From an uncultured Nitrososphaerota archaeon (GTDB lineage Archaea; Thermoproteota; EX4484-205; JAAOZP01), in assembly GCA_964416155.1 (NCBI GenBank), contig CAYQCW010000001.1, positions 96,001 to 160,000 of the forward strand: DNA of 64,000 nt. Direction: 5' to 3'. Each line of letters begins with the position of its first letter. Position 1 is the stretch's first letter. The position numbers were made by a program, and so were the translations under genes. Under the pieces are notes generated by a model, which saw nothing but the letters and a program-made list of their open reading frames with translations, searched no databases and was not told the DNA's origin. This document shows, in pieces, positions 38,414 through 47,491 of the stretch.

Positions 38414-39252
38414 TTTTCAGAAAATTTATCGAGTGGCTCTCCGAGGATGTTCCCTACTGGGACGTGACCTCTGAGATAATATCTCCACAGGTTACGTGCG
38501 AGGCGGTTATAATAGCTAAGGAGGAGGGTGTTGCAGCCTGCTGCGAGGATCTTGCTCTGATACTTGAGAAGATGGGTTTCACGGTTAGAGTTTTGAAGAA
38601 GAGTGGCGAGAGATTCATAAAATGGGATCAAATAATGTGGATTAAAGGCAATATGCGTAGGCTCATGGAGATTGAAAGACTGTTGCTGAACATTCTCTCC
38701 CAAGCCTTCGGAGTGGCAACACTAACCAGGGCCTTTGTTGAGAAAGCGAGAAGAATAAACCCGAACGTGAAGATAGCTGCAACGAGGAAGGTTAAACCCG
38801 GCTTCCAGTATTTCGAGAAGAAGGCTATTGCAGCCGCGGGCGGTGACACTCATAGGCTGAACCTGTCAGACATGATTCTCATCAAGGAGAACCATTTAAA
38901 GTATTTCAACTCGGTGGGTGAAGCTGTTAAGAAGGCTAGGGAGCTGGCGAGCTTCAGCAAGAAGATAGAGGTCGAGGTGGCTGAGGCTGAGGATGCTGTG
39001 GAAGCTGCTGAGGCGGGTGCAGACATAATCATGCTTGACAATTGCACTCCTGAAAAAGCAAGAAAGACGATTGAAATGCTTAGAGGGAAAGGGTTGAGAA
39101 GCAGGATTCTGGTAGAGGTCTCCGGCGGAGTGAAGCTTGAAAACCTTGAAGAGTATGTGGAAGCCGGCCCAGATATAATAAGCTCAGGGGAGCTAACACA
39201 TTCAGCAAAAGCAATAGACATATCGCTCGAAGTCACGAGGGTTGAGAAATGA
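38398..39252 (+). CDS. nadC: Nicotinate-nucleotide diphosphorylase (quinolinate phosphoribosyltransferase)
   Basis: Motifs ERLLLN, ATRK.KPG, HRLNLSD.ILIKENH, IEVEV, IMLDN and EVSGG. Confidence 0.96.
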   Translation: MVEEVIFRKFIEWLSEDVPYWDVTSEIISPQVTCEAVIIAKEEGVAACCEDLALILEKMGFTVRVLKKSGERFIKWDQIMWIKGNMRRLMEIERLLLNILSQAFGVATLTRAFVEKARRINPNVKIAATRKVKPGFQYFEKKAIAAAGGDTHRLNLSDMILIKENHLKYFNSVGEAVKKARELASFSKKIEVEVAEAEDAVEAAEAGADIIMLDNCTPEKARKTIEMLRGKGLRSRILVEVSGGVKLENLEEYVEAGPDIISSGELTHSAKAIDISLEVTRVEK

Positions 39253-40034
39253 AGAGGATAGGGTTGATAGGGTGTGGTGCAATAGGCTCCCTCATAGCCA
39301 AAGCTGTAGACGAGGGCAAGGTTAACGCGAAACTGGTTTACGTCTATGATTCTCGTAAGGAGGCTGCGTTGAAACTGGTTGAGAAACTGAGGAGCAAGCC
39401 GAAGGTTCCAGAAGGGATAGAGGCGATGTTGAAAGACAGGAGGCTTGAGGTTATTGTCGAGGCTGCAAGCGACGAGGCTGTTCTAAAATACCTTAAACCC
39501 ATTGTTAAAGCCGGGAAAGAGGTTCTTGTGATGAGCATAGGGGGGCTTCTTTTTCCTGAGACAAGGGAAATATATGAGGAAAACTCTAGCAGAATACATG
39601 TTCCGGCGGGAGCAATCGCTGGACTGGATGCTATCCAAGCCATAAGCCTAGTTGGTGTAGACGCGGTGGTTTTAACCACGAGGAAGCCTCCTGAAGCATT
39701 AGCCTACTCCAACTATTTCAAGGAGAAAGGGATTGAATTAGATAAAATCAGGGAGCCGACGCTCGTCTACGAGGGGCCTGTTGAAGACGCTTTAATAAAT
39801 TTTCCCCGAAGCGTAAACGTTGCGGCAGCACTAGCCTTATACTCTAAATCAGGGGTCAAGGTTAGAATAATAGCGGACCCGACTAGGAAGGAGATACTGC
39901 ATGAGATAAGTGTTGAATCAAAGGTTTCCAACCTGAAGATACTGGTTGAGAACATCCCGCATCCGGATAATCCTAGGACAAGCTACTTGGCGGCATTATC
40001 CTGCATCCAGAAACTCAGGGAAATCTGCGGCTGA
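39249..40034 (+). CDS. nadX: L-aspartate dehydrogenase
   Basis: Motifs IGCGAIG, VEAAS, GAIAGLD, FPRSVNVAA and NPRTSYLAALS. In an operon with nadA and nadC. Confidence 0.92.
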   Translation: MKRIGLIGCGAIGSLIAKAVDEGKVNAKLVYVYDSRKEAALKLVEKLRSKPKVPEGIEAMLKDRRLEVIVEAASDEAVLKYLKPIVKAGKEVLVMSIGGLLFPETREIYEENSSRIHVPAGAIAGLDAIQAISLVGVDAVVLTTRKPPEALAYSNYFKEKGIELDKIREPTLVYEGPVEDALINFPRSVNVAAALALYSKSGVKVRIIADPTRKEILHEISVESKVSNLKILVENIPHPDNPRTSYLAALSCIQKLREICG

Positions 40035-40129
40035 ACACTGGAGGCGGTGGTTTCTTAGCATGCGCCAACACCATAGAAAAGTTTATAAATGCGTTTGAGA
40101 AAATTCTCGACAGCCGAGAAGAGATAGTT

Positions 40130-41677
40130 ATGAGTAATAATGCAGTTAAAGTCTATGTTCTAGACCCTGCTTCAATACTTACCGGAGTAGCCGCTAGGGC
40201 AGTTGAAAACGGCGAGGTGGCGGGCAGGATAATAGTGCATAAGGCCATAGTGTCAGAGTTTGAAAGAAAAGCCAGATTTGGGGATGAAACAGGGTTAAAC
40301 GGCTTAAAATCGCTTAAAGATGCGGCGTCGGCGAAGGGGTTTGATGTGGAATTCATAGGCTCTTCAAACACTCCTGAAGAAGTCTCAACAGTACTGAGAG
40401 ACCTAGCGATGAACACGGGCGGCACGCTTGTTTCATGCGACCCGGTTTTGACTAAGACAGCAAGAGCAATGGGGATTGAGGCAATCTACCTTAGCCCAGT
40501 TGGGAAGGCTAAGCTTGAAGAATTCTTTAAACCAGGCATAATGTCGATACATCTCAAGGAGAATGTTATTCCGAAGGCGAAGGAAGGGATTCCTGGCAGA
40601 TGGGTTTACAGGGATGTGGGGGAGAAACCAATCAGCAAGCCTGAGCTTGAATCCATAATAGCCGACGTGATGGAGAGGGTCCAGTTCACGAACCAGGGTT
40701 TTGTGGAGATAGATAAGGCGGGCTCAACAATAATACAGTTGAAGGACCTCAGGATAGTCATAACTAGGCCACCCTTCTCCGACGGGCTTGAAATAACCGC
40801 GGTTAAACCACTCGTTAAGAGAAGCCTTGAAGAGTATGATTTGGCTGACAAGCTTGTTCAGAGGCTTAAGACCCAGGCTGAAGGAATACTCATAGCTGGG
40901 GCTCCTGGGATGGGGAAATCCACATTCGCCCAGGCTCTCGCAGAGTTCTATAGGTCGATGAACAAGGTTGTTAAAACAATAGAGAGCCCGAGGGATCTTC
41001 AACTCCCGCCTGATGTTACTCAGTATTCTAAGACAGCGGCTGAACCTAGCGAGCTTCACGACGTATTACTGTTAAGCAGGCCGGACTACACGATATACGA
41101 TGAGCTTAGAGACACTAACGACTTCAACATTTTCATAGATCTTAGGCTTGCAGGCATAGGGATGGTCGGCGTCATACATGCTACAACACCCATGGATGCT
41201 GTTCAACGCTTCACTGGCAGGACTGACCTCGGGCTAATACCGTCCATCATCGATACAGTCATATTCATGAAGGAGGGGGAGGTTTTGAAAATATACACGC
41301 TTGAAACAGTTGTGAAGATACCTAAGGGGATGAGGAACGCTGACCTAGCTAGGCCGACGATAGTCGTTAAAAACTTCTTGACCGGGGAGGCGGATTACGA
41401 GCTCTACGTCTTCGGAGAGCAAACCTTCATAGTTCCAGTTCGTAAGAAGAAGACAGGGTACGAGGAGAAGCTTAAGGAGGAGGTGCAGGCAATAGTGCGC
41501 AACCAGATTTCAGACTTCGACATCAGGATCGAGGGGGACAGGCTGATTCTGTATACCAACAAGGAGGACATCCCCATACTTGTTAAGAAGTATAATAAGA
41601 AGCTTAACAGGTTTGCGAAGAGAATCAACATGAACATTGAGATAAGCCCCCAGACCAGGCGTGAAAGCGAGTATTGA
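40130..41677 (+). CDS. PIN-domain/PilT-type ATPase with KH domain (PINA / MJ1533 family, Holliday junction branch-migration ATPase-like)
   Basis: N-terminal PIN-like domain, MSIHLKE, ITRPPFSD, Walker A GAPGMGKST, TIESPRDL, YDELR and GMVGVIHAT. Confidence 0.88.
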   Translation: MSNNAVKVYVLDPASILTGVAARAVENGEVAGRIIVHKAIVSEFERKARFGDETGLNGLKSLKDAASAKGFDVEFIGSSNTPEEVSTVLRDLAMNTGGTLVSCDPVLTKTARAMGIEAIYLSPVGKAKLEEFFKPGIMSIHLKENVIPKAKEGIPGRWVYRDVGEKPISKPELESIIADVMERVQFTNQGFVEIDKAGSTIIQLKDLRIVITRPPFSDGLEITAVKPLVKRSLEEYDLADKLVQRLKTQAEGILIAGAPGMGKSTFAQALAEFYRSMNKVVKTIESPRDLQLPPDVTQYSKTAAEPSELHDVLLLSRPDYTIYDELRDTNDFNIFIDLRLAGIGMVGVIHATTPMDAVQRFTGRTDLGLIPSIIDTVIFMKEGEVLKIYTLETVVKIPKGMRNADLARPTIVVKNFLTGEADYELYVFGEQTFIVPVRKKKTGYEEKLKEEVQAIVRNQISDFDIRIEGDRLILYTNKEDIPILVKKYNKKLNRFAKRINMNIEISPQTRRESEY

Positions 41678-41724
41678 GACTTCATTTTTAGCTTACGTTA
41701 AACCCATAAAAACTATGGTTGATA

Positions 41725-42096
41725 TTAACCTATTACTCCGCCAATAGCTCCCCCGATTATCGACATTATGGATCCGAATGCCAGCGACACTATGATTGCC
41801 CCGCCAGCGATTAGGCCTCCTAGAAGACCCAGTAACCCGCCGAGAACCCCGCCGAGGAGCCCCCCGACTCCAACGAAACCAATGACCAGAAGTATGGTTG
41901 CAATTACTCCGCCGAATACTCCTGCTAGAAACCCGGCTAAGGCGCCTCTACCGGGTCCTCCTCCGGCTATTAAACCGGCGATTAAGCCTCCGGTCAAAGG
42001 TCCGAAAACAGGGAAAAATGCGCCTAAGACAGAGTTTACTATGAATCCTAGGAATGCGCCGAGCCACAGGTTGCCTTCCCTCCTCATCCACACCAC
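41725..42096 (-). CDS. Small glycine-rich membrane protein (DUF5518-like)
   Basis: GxxxG-rich hydrophobic helices such as GPLTGGLIAGLIAGGG and GAIGGVIG. Confidence 0.7.
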   Translation of the reverse strand: MVWMRREGNLWLGAFLGFIVNSVLGAFFPVFGPLTGGLIAGLIAGGGPGRGALAGFLAGVFGGVIATILLVIGFVGVGGLLGGVLGGLLGLLGGLIAGGAIIVSLAFGSIMSIIGGAIGGVIG

Positions 42097-42317
42097 TAAA
42101 AATATTTGACATAACTGTGATTTAATTGTTTCCTACTTTACGGCAGGCTTCTTTCTAGCAAGGTAGAAAGTAGCGAAGCATGTAAAATTTTTCATCAAAT
42201 TCTAAGACATTGCTTCCATTCGGATTGGCCATTGGAAAAACGTTTATAGATGGAGTAATCAAACAGTATATAATGCTAATTTAGGACTCTTTTGGCTAGA
42301 TACCGGTTTTCTGCAAA

Positions 42318-42824
42318 TCAGCCTGCTGGAACTGATTCAACAATCAGCCGGGATTTCTCAGGCGTTATCCTTTTCTCCTCAAAGAATCCTGCAGGAGCTT
42401 CAATAGCATACTTAAAGCTTTCATCCACACCATATAGCTTCGTTGGGCTTGGATCCATGCGCACGATCCCCACTATTGCCCCATCCGACTTGATGAACGC
42501 TATGTCTAGGCTTGCCGCAACGTTACGCATATGGAATAAACCTTTAACCTCGTCGGGGAAAACGAAGAGTATAAGGGTTTTCTGCACGATGCTCCTGCTG
42601 ATGTTCTGAAAGCCTGCTGCACGCTCGTCAGGCTCGTCCGCAACCTTAACCTCAAGCTCCAGAACCTGGCTCTCATCGTTAACAATCCTAATCTTTGCAG
42701 CCCCCATCTTTTGAAACTCTTTAGTGACTCTTGAACCAGCGTCATCGAAGTATGATGTTAAAAACCAGAGTAAAACCGGAGCGGCCGCCAGCAGTATTAG
42801 AAGAACCTTCCCTCGTCTTCCCAA
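42318..42824 (-). CDS. DUF192 family protein with N-terminal membrane anchor
   Basis: Motifs VKVAD...RAAG, LFVF, FHMRNV..SLDIAFI and YAIEAPAG. Confidence 0.85.
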   Translation of the reverse strand: MGRRGKVLLILLAAAPVLLWFLTSYFDDAGSRVTKEFQKMGAAKIRIVNDESQVLELEVKVADEPDERAAGFQNISRSIVQKTLILFVFPDEVKGLFHMRNVAASLDIAFIKSDGAIVGIVRMDPSPTKLYGVDESFKYAIEAPAGFFEEKRITPEKSRLIVESVPAG

Positions 42825-43009
42825 ACCCCTTCCTATATGCTTAAGGCTGTTGAAAAGCTTTAATCTTTATTTCAGGCCGGACCGTTAAAAAGAAGAATTC
42901 TTTCAGCTCATAATCTTTAAAAGAAGAAAGGCGTCAAGCTCAAACGGTGCTCTCAGTACAACTTGACACACTAGATTCAGAAAAGCTAAAAAAGCTGGTT
43001 TCCTAGGTT

Positions 43010-44272
43010 TTACACCGTTGGATTGCTAATCCTTCCCATGAATAGAATGGCTCCTGTTTCCTTCTCCTGAATTATGAAGAGGAAAGGACGGTCTGCTCTA
43101 AAGATTTTTGTTTCCGGTACGGCAGTTAGCCTCATGACTACAGCGGTTGCGGCTGCCGCTTCAGTCCCCTTCTCATCAACCTTAACGTAAGCTTGGTGAA
43201 TAACTTCGCTGATAAACAAGTCTCTTCCGCCAGCCATTCCTGAGAAGTCCGCTTCCCCAGTGAACGCGGTAGGCATCCCCAGGTTGCTTAAAGTCTCCTG
43301 CATAAAGTATTTGGTTTCAATCTCGAATTTCGGCAGGCAGATCTCGTCCAGCCTCTCCTCCTTCATTTGAGCCTTATACTCTTCAAGCTTCTCCGCCGTT
43401 AGCGATGACTCTGCCGCCTCAATGTTTTCCGGCAGTATTATTAGCATCGAGACATTCCCCCCTTTGTATGGCAGCTCTAGAATTTGCAAATCCCCTATAT
43501 CAGCGTAGTTGAACCTTACTGTTTCATTTGGACGCATATGCATCATCTGAACCTTCACACTTCTATCCGGAGTTATCCAGAAATCCTCTTCCACGGTGAG
43601 CGATTCATTGAACGCTACCTTCCAGTCGCCTTTGAAGAAGATAGCGTTGGTTAAGACAAGCCGCGTAAGCTCGTTGAGAAGCCCAGGCGGGATCAAGTCT
43701 TTAATCTTATGATTCGTCTGCTCCTCTATGAAGGCGTTGATCGTTTCCCGCGACTTCTCAGCTTCATGAATAAAGTCTAAGGCTGAAGCCTTCCCGCCGT
43801 AATATTTTTCAACCGCCTTCAAATATTCTTCGAGAAACGGGTAGTCCTTCTGAGTCCAGAGTGCGTTTCCAGTCCTCAACTCGTATTCTTCAGCAGCCTT
43901 ATTAATACGGTTATAGATCGCGGCAAAATTCGGCCTCAATACACTGCTTTCAGGGAAGTTGAAAACGGTTTTCATTTCCTCCGCAGTTTTCCCCCTAGCA
44001 CCCTCATACGTCATTGCGAGAGAAGAGAAGATGCTGTAAGGCGAGTAGAAGACATTGCCAGCCTCGGTTTTAACCAATTTGAAATAAAGCTTGAAGGCGA
44101 ATTGATTATTAGCCTTCACGACGTCTCGAATCCCCTGTGGCGTTGAACCAGCATCGTTTGCCTGCGGAGGTCGAGTTGGAGAGTATGGGTATGGAAAGAA
44201 CATTGCTGCGAGAGGCACCATAGTAATCATGAGGAGCGCTACTCCAATTATCCATAATCTTCTTTTGCCCAT
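43010..44272 (-). CDS. Serpin (serine protease inhibitor) with N-terminal signal/anchor
   Basis: Motifs NVFYSPYSI, LTNAIFFKGDW, hinge VDEKGTEAAAAT, FRADRPFLF and LFMGRISNP. Confidence 0.95.
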   Translation of the reverse strand: MGKRRLWIIGVALLMITMVPLAAMFFPYPYSPTRPPQANDAGSTPQGIRDVVKANNQFAFKLYFKLVKTEAGNVFYSPYSIFSSLAMTYEGARGKTAEEMKTVFNFPESSVLRPNFAAIYNRINKAAEEYELRTGNALWTQKDYPFLEEYLKAVEKYYGGKASALDFIHEAEKSRETINAFIEEQTNHKIKDLIPPGLLNELTRLVLTNAIFFKGDWKVAFNESLTVEEDFWITPDRSVKVQMMHMRPNETVRFNYADIGDLQILELPYKGGNVSMLIILPENIEAAESSLTAEKLEEYKAQMKEERLDEICLPKFEIETKYFMQETLSNLGMPTAFTGEADFSGMAGGRDLFISEVIHQAYVKVDEKGTEAAAATAVVMRLTAVPETKIFRADRPFLFIIQEKETGAILFMGRISNPTV

Positions 44273-44451
44273 TGCTGAGTAAAACTCCTGATGATATTAG
44301 TTAAACATTGTGTTGTTCGACTTTTTAGAAAAGATTTCTTAAAGAAAGAGCATGCTGTACAATTTTTCGAACAGAGCGTTTCCAAGCATGATGATTGATT
44401 TATAAAAAGGAAAATAATGGAATGAGAAAGCATCAGAAAAAATAATTCAGA

Positions 44452-45603
44452 TCAGAACGAGATTTCCATCTTTCTACCTGTTTCAGCCGACTTCAATATG
44501 GCATCCATGATCACGTTGTTCCTGTAACCGTCTTCGAAAGTCGCTCCAAGAGGAGCAATATCTTCATCTTTAACCACCGACTTGATGAAGTGGTGTATTT
44601 CGTTTATGAAAGTGTGCTCCCATCCTATGATATGGCCGGATGGCCAGTATCTTTCTATGTAGGGCTGAGTCTTCTCAGTCACTAGAATAGTGTTCCAGCC
44701 GCCTATCGCCTTATCCTCCCATTCCTTCAAACATAGTTTCAACTCGTTAAGCCGCTCAAGGTTGAACTCTATAGAACCCTTCTCCCCGTTAATCTCGAAG
44801 TTATTATAGTTCTTCCTGCCGGTTGCAAACCTGGATGCTTCCAAGGTGCCTATTGCTCCATTATCAAGCTCTATAACAGCCTCGAAAGCATCGTCAACCG
44901 TTACCCTGCCCTTCCTACTCGGGTCCTCAGGCAGCGGCCTCTCCTCGATGAACGTCTTAACCATACCCATCACCGACTTAAATTCTCCAGCAATAAACCT
45001 TCCAAGGTCTATTATGTGGCTTCCAAGGTCGCCTAAGGGACCACTGCCAGCCTCCTCCTTCCTAAGCCTCCAGGTTAATGGGAAGTTGGGGTCAACAATC
45101 CAGTCCTGCAGATACCTCGCCCTGAAGTGATATATTCTCCCAAGCATGCCGGATTTAACAATGTTTCTAGCAAGCTGAACCGCCGGCACAAACCTGTAGT
45201 TGAAAGCAACCATTGTTTTAACACTAGCTCTCTTAGCAGCATCCCTTAGAACCCTCGCCTCCTTGCCATTTCTCGCGAGAGGCTTCTCGCACAACACGTG
45301 CTTACCGTTTTCGATCGCCTCAATCGTTGGCTCCACATGCATGTTGTTCGGAAGACAGTTGTCGACCACCTCTACCTCAGAATCTCCAACAGCCTTCCTC
45401 CAATCAGTAACGTACTTCCTAAACCCATAGTTTGTCGCAGCCTCCCTAACCTTTTCCTCAGTCCTACCGTATATCACGACCAGCTCGGGTATGGCTGGCG
45501 GAGGGTAGAAAAAGTGGGGCATGCTTTTGAAACCATGAGAATGCGCCTTTCCCATAAATGCATAACCCAGTAATGCAACTCCTATTTTGCGCGGGGCACT
45601 CAT
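44452..45603 (-). CDS. Gfo/Idh/MocA family oxidoreductase
   Basis: Motifs LGYAFMGKAH, CEKPLA, FNYRFVPA and GDLGSHIID. Confidence 0.92.
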   Translation of the reverse strand: MSAPRKIGVALLGYAFMGKAHSHGFKSMPHFFYPPPAIPELVVIYGRTEEKVREAATNYGFRKYVTDWRKAVGDSEVEVVDNCLPNNMHVEPTIEAIENGKHVLCEKPLARNGKEARVLRDAAKRASVKTMVAFNYRFVPAVQLARNIVKSGMLGRIYHFRARYLQDWIVDPNFPLTWRLRKEEAGSGPLGDLGSHIIDLGRFIAGEFKSVMGMVKTFIEERPLPEDPSRKGRVTVDDAFEAVIELDNGAIGTLEASRFATGRKNYNNFEINGEKGSIEFNLERLNELKLCLKEWEDKAIGGWNTILVTEKTQPYIERYWPSGHIIGWEHTFINEIHHFIKSVVKDEDIAPLGATFEDGYRNNVIMDAILKSAETGRKMEISF

Positions 45604-45784
45604 TTTACATCGTTTTTAGCATTAGGAGTTCTCTAATTTAAGCATTATGGAAGCCCCTATCCATTTAACACAATACACATTAGGAATTTGAGAAAAACAT
45701 CTTAGTGAATTTTTAAGCATCGAAGCCCGTTAAAAGCCTAAGTAAACTCTTATTAAGAGCGTCGTAGAATGAAAAACGGTTAGC

Positions 45785-46117
45785 ATGACAGAAATAAGAA
45801 TACCGGTTAAGATCAAGTATGCCGAGGACTTTGTAAGAGTATATGCGACGGGCGCGATAGGAGGCTTTAACGGGTTTGATTTCAGAATCGCCTTCTTTAA
45901 CGATGTTGTAAATCATCCGGAGGAGCCGACTCAGCCCCCTACTGTTAGTAGGGAGATTAAGGTTGAAGTAATCCTTACGCCGGTTGCATTAAAGCAGCTT
46001 ACTAAATGGCTGAATCAACACCTAGCTGAGCTTGAGAAGACGATTGGGGAGATTAAGGATCAGTACCCACCCCAGCCTAGCCAGCGTAGGGAGCCTCATT
46101 CAGGCTACTACGTTTAA
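45785..46117 (+). CDS. Small hypothetical protein (DUF3467-like)
   Basis: Pattern VYATGAIGG...DFRIAF...EVILTPVALKQL...LEKTIGEI. Confidence 0.6.
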   Translation: MTEIRIPVKIKYAEDFVRVYATGAIGGFNGFDFRIAFFNDVVNHPEEPTQPPTVSREIKVEVILTPVALKQLTKWLNQHLAELEKTIGEIKDQYPPQPSQRREPHSGYYV

Positions 46118-46139
46118 CAAGCATTGTGGAATGGGAGAG

Positions 46140-47474
46140 ATGAGCGCTAGGACTGTGAAGCATGGAGGCGTCCGGATTGGTGTTTTAGGCGGCGGGCTCT
46201 CCGGGATGGCTTACGCTTACTTCTCGTCCAGAATGGGTTTCGACGTTACTGTGCTGGAAAAAAACATTGTTCCCGGAGGTTTGATGAGAAGCATTGTTGA
46301 AGAAGGGTTTACTTTCGACACTGGTGGTTCACACATAATTTTCTCTAAGGATATTGATGTTCTAAGCTTTATGCTCAGTCTTCTAGGGGATAACAGAATT
46401 GAAAACAGGAGGAATACCGCGATCCTCTACAAGGGCAGGCTTGTGAAATATCCGTTTGAAAACGGTTTATCCGACCTGCCATTCTTAGAAAACCTTTCAT
46501 GCCTACTGCATTTTCTCTACGCCAGAATACGGAGAAAACGCGAGCCGGGAAACCTCAGAGAGTTCTTTAACAGTTCTCTTGGAAGTGCTATTTCCGAGAA
46601 GTACTTGATTCCATATAATGAGAAAATTTGGAAGATGAGCATAGACGATATGTCTCTCGGTTTTATCGGCAGGATTCCTAATCCTAGCGTGATGGATGTG
46701 GTTAAGGCTTCTCTTGGGATAGGTTCAGAGGGATACGTTCACCAGCTTTTCTTCCACTACCCTAAGAAGGGAGGGATTCAGGCGCTCATAGAATCTTTAA
46801 GAAGCAGAGTGCATGGCGATGTGCTAACGGGCTTCGAGGTCAAGCATGCTGAAAACGAGTCAGGGGAATGGATTGTTTCAAACGGCCATGTAGAGAAGGT
46901 TTTCGACAAAATCGTCTCCACAATTCCTTTACATGATGCTGTGAAAGTGTTCAATGCTCCTCAGAATGTGAAGAGCGATGTCGAGAAGTTAAGGTTCAAC
47001 TCTCTTGTGACGGTTGCGATAGGATTGGAGGAGCTTAATGTTAAGGGTTTAAGCTGGCTGTATATTCCTGACAGGAATATTCACCCGCACAGGGTTAGCT
47101 TTCCTTCCAATTTTAGTCCGGAAACCGCTCCTGAGGGCAAGTCTTCTATACTTGCAGAAATAACTGTCAAGCCTGATGATCCTCTCCTCAGGACGAATAG
47201 TGATGAAGTTGCGAGCATGGTGGTTGAGGAGCTCGATAAGCTTAAGATTCTTTCTAAGAATAAGGTCGTCTACAGGAATGTTTTCCGAAACAAGTATGCG
47301 TACCCCATTCTTGATTCGAATCAAGAATGTGTCGGGAGAATAAGAGCCTTCTTCAACCAGATAGATGTGGAGCTAATTGGAAGGTTTGCAGAGTTCAAGT
47401 ATATCAATATGGATGACGCTATAAGAAATGTTGCAAATCATCTTGGCATAGAGAAGGTAAGCGAGTATGCTTAA
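46140..47474 (+). CDS. FAD-dependent oxidoreductase (protoporphyrinogen oxidase / UDP-galactopyranose mutase-like); start ATG 46131 or 46140
   Basis: Motifs GVLGGGLSG, LEK...GGL.RS, FDTGGSH, PYNEKIW, YAYP and GRFAEFKYINMD. Confidence 0.8.
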   Translation: MSARTVKHGGVRIGVLGGGLSGMAYAYFSSRMGFDVTVLEKNIVPGGLMRSIVEEGFTFDTGGSHIIFSKDIDVLSFMLSLLGDNRIENRRNTAILYKGRLVKYPFENGLSDLPFLENLSCLLHFLYARIRRKREPGNLREFFNSSLGSAISEKYLIPYNEKIWKMSIDDMSLGFIGRIPNPSVMDVVKASLGIGSEGYVHQLFFHYPKKGGIQALIESLRSRVHGDVLTGFEVKHAENESGEWIVSNGHVEKVFDKIVSTIPLHDAVKVFNAPQNVKSDVEKLRFNSLVTVAIGLEELNVKGLSWLYIPDRNIHPHRVSFPSNFSPETAPEGKSSILAEITVKPDDPLLRTNSDEVASMVVEELDKLKILSKNKVVYRNVFRNKYAYPILDSNQECVGRIRAFFNQIDVELIGRFAEFKYINMDDAIRNVANHLGIEKVSEYA

Positions 47475-47491
47475 GCTGTTACCTGCTGAGC

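Noticed and set aside
41768-42109. 113-aa proline-rich plus-strand ORF
   Set aside because: It is the antisense shadow of the Gly-rich membrane protein, since GGN codons read as Pro-rich on the other strand.
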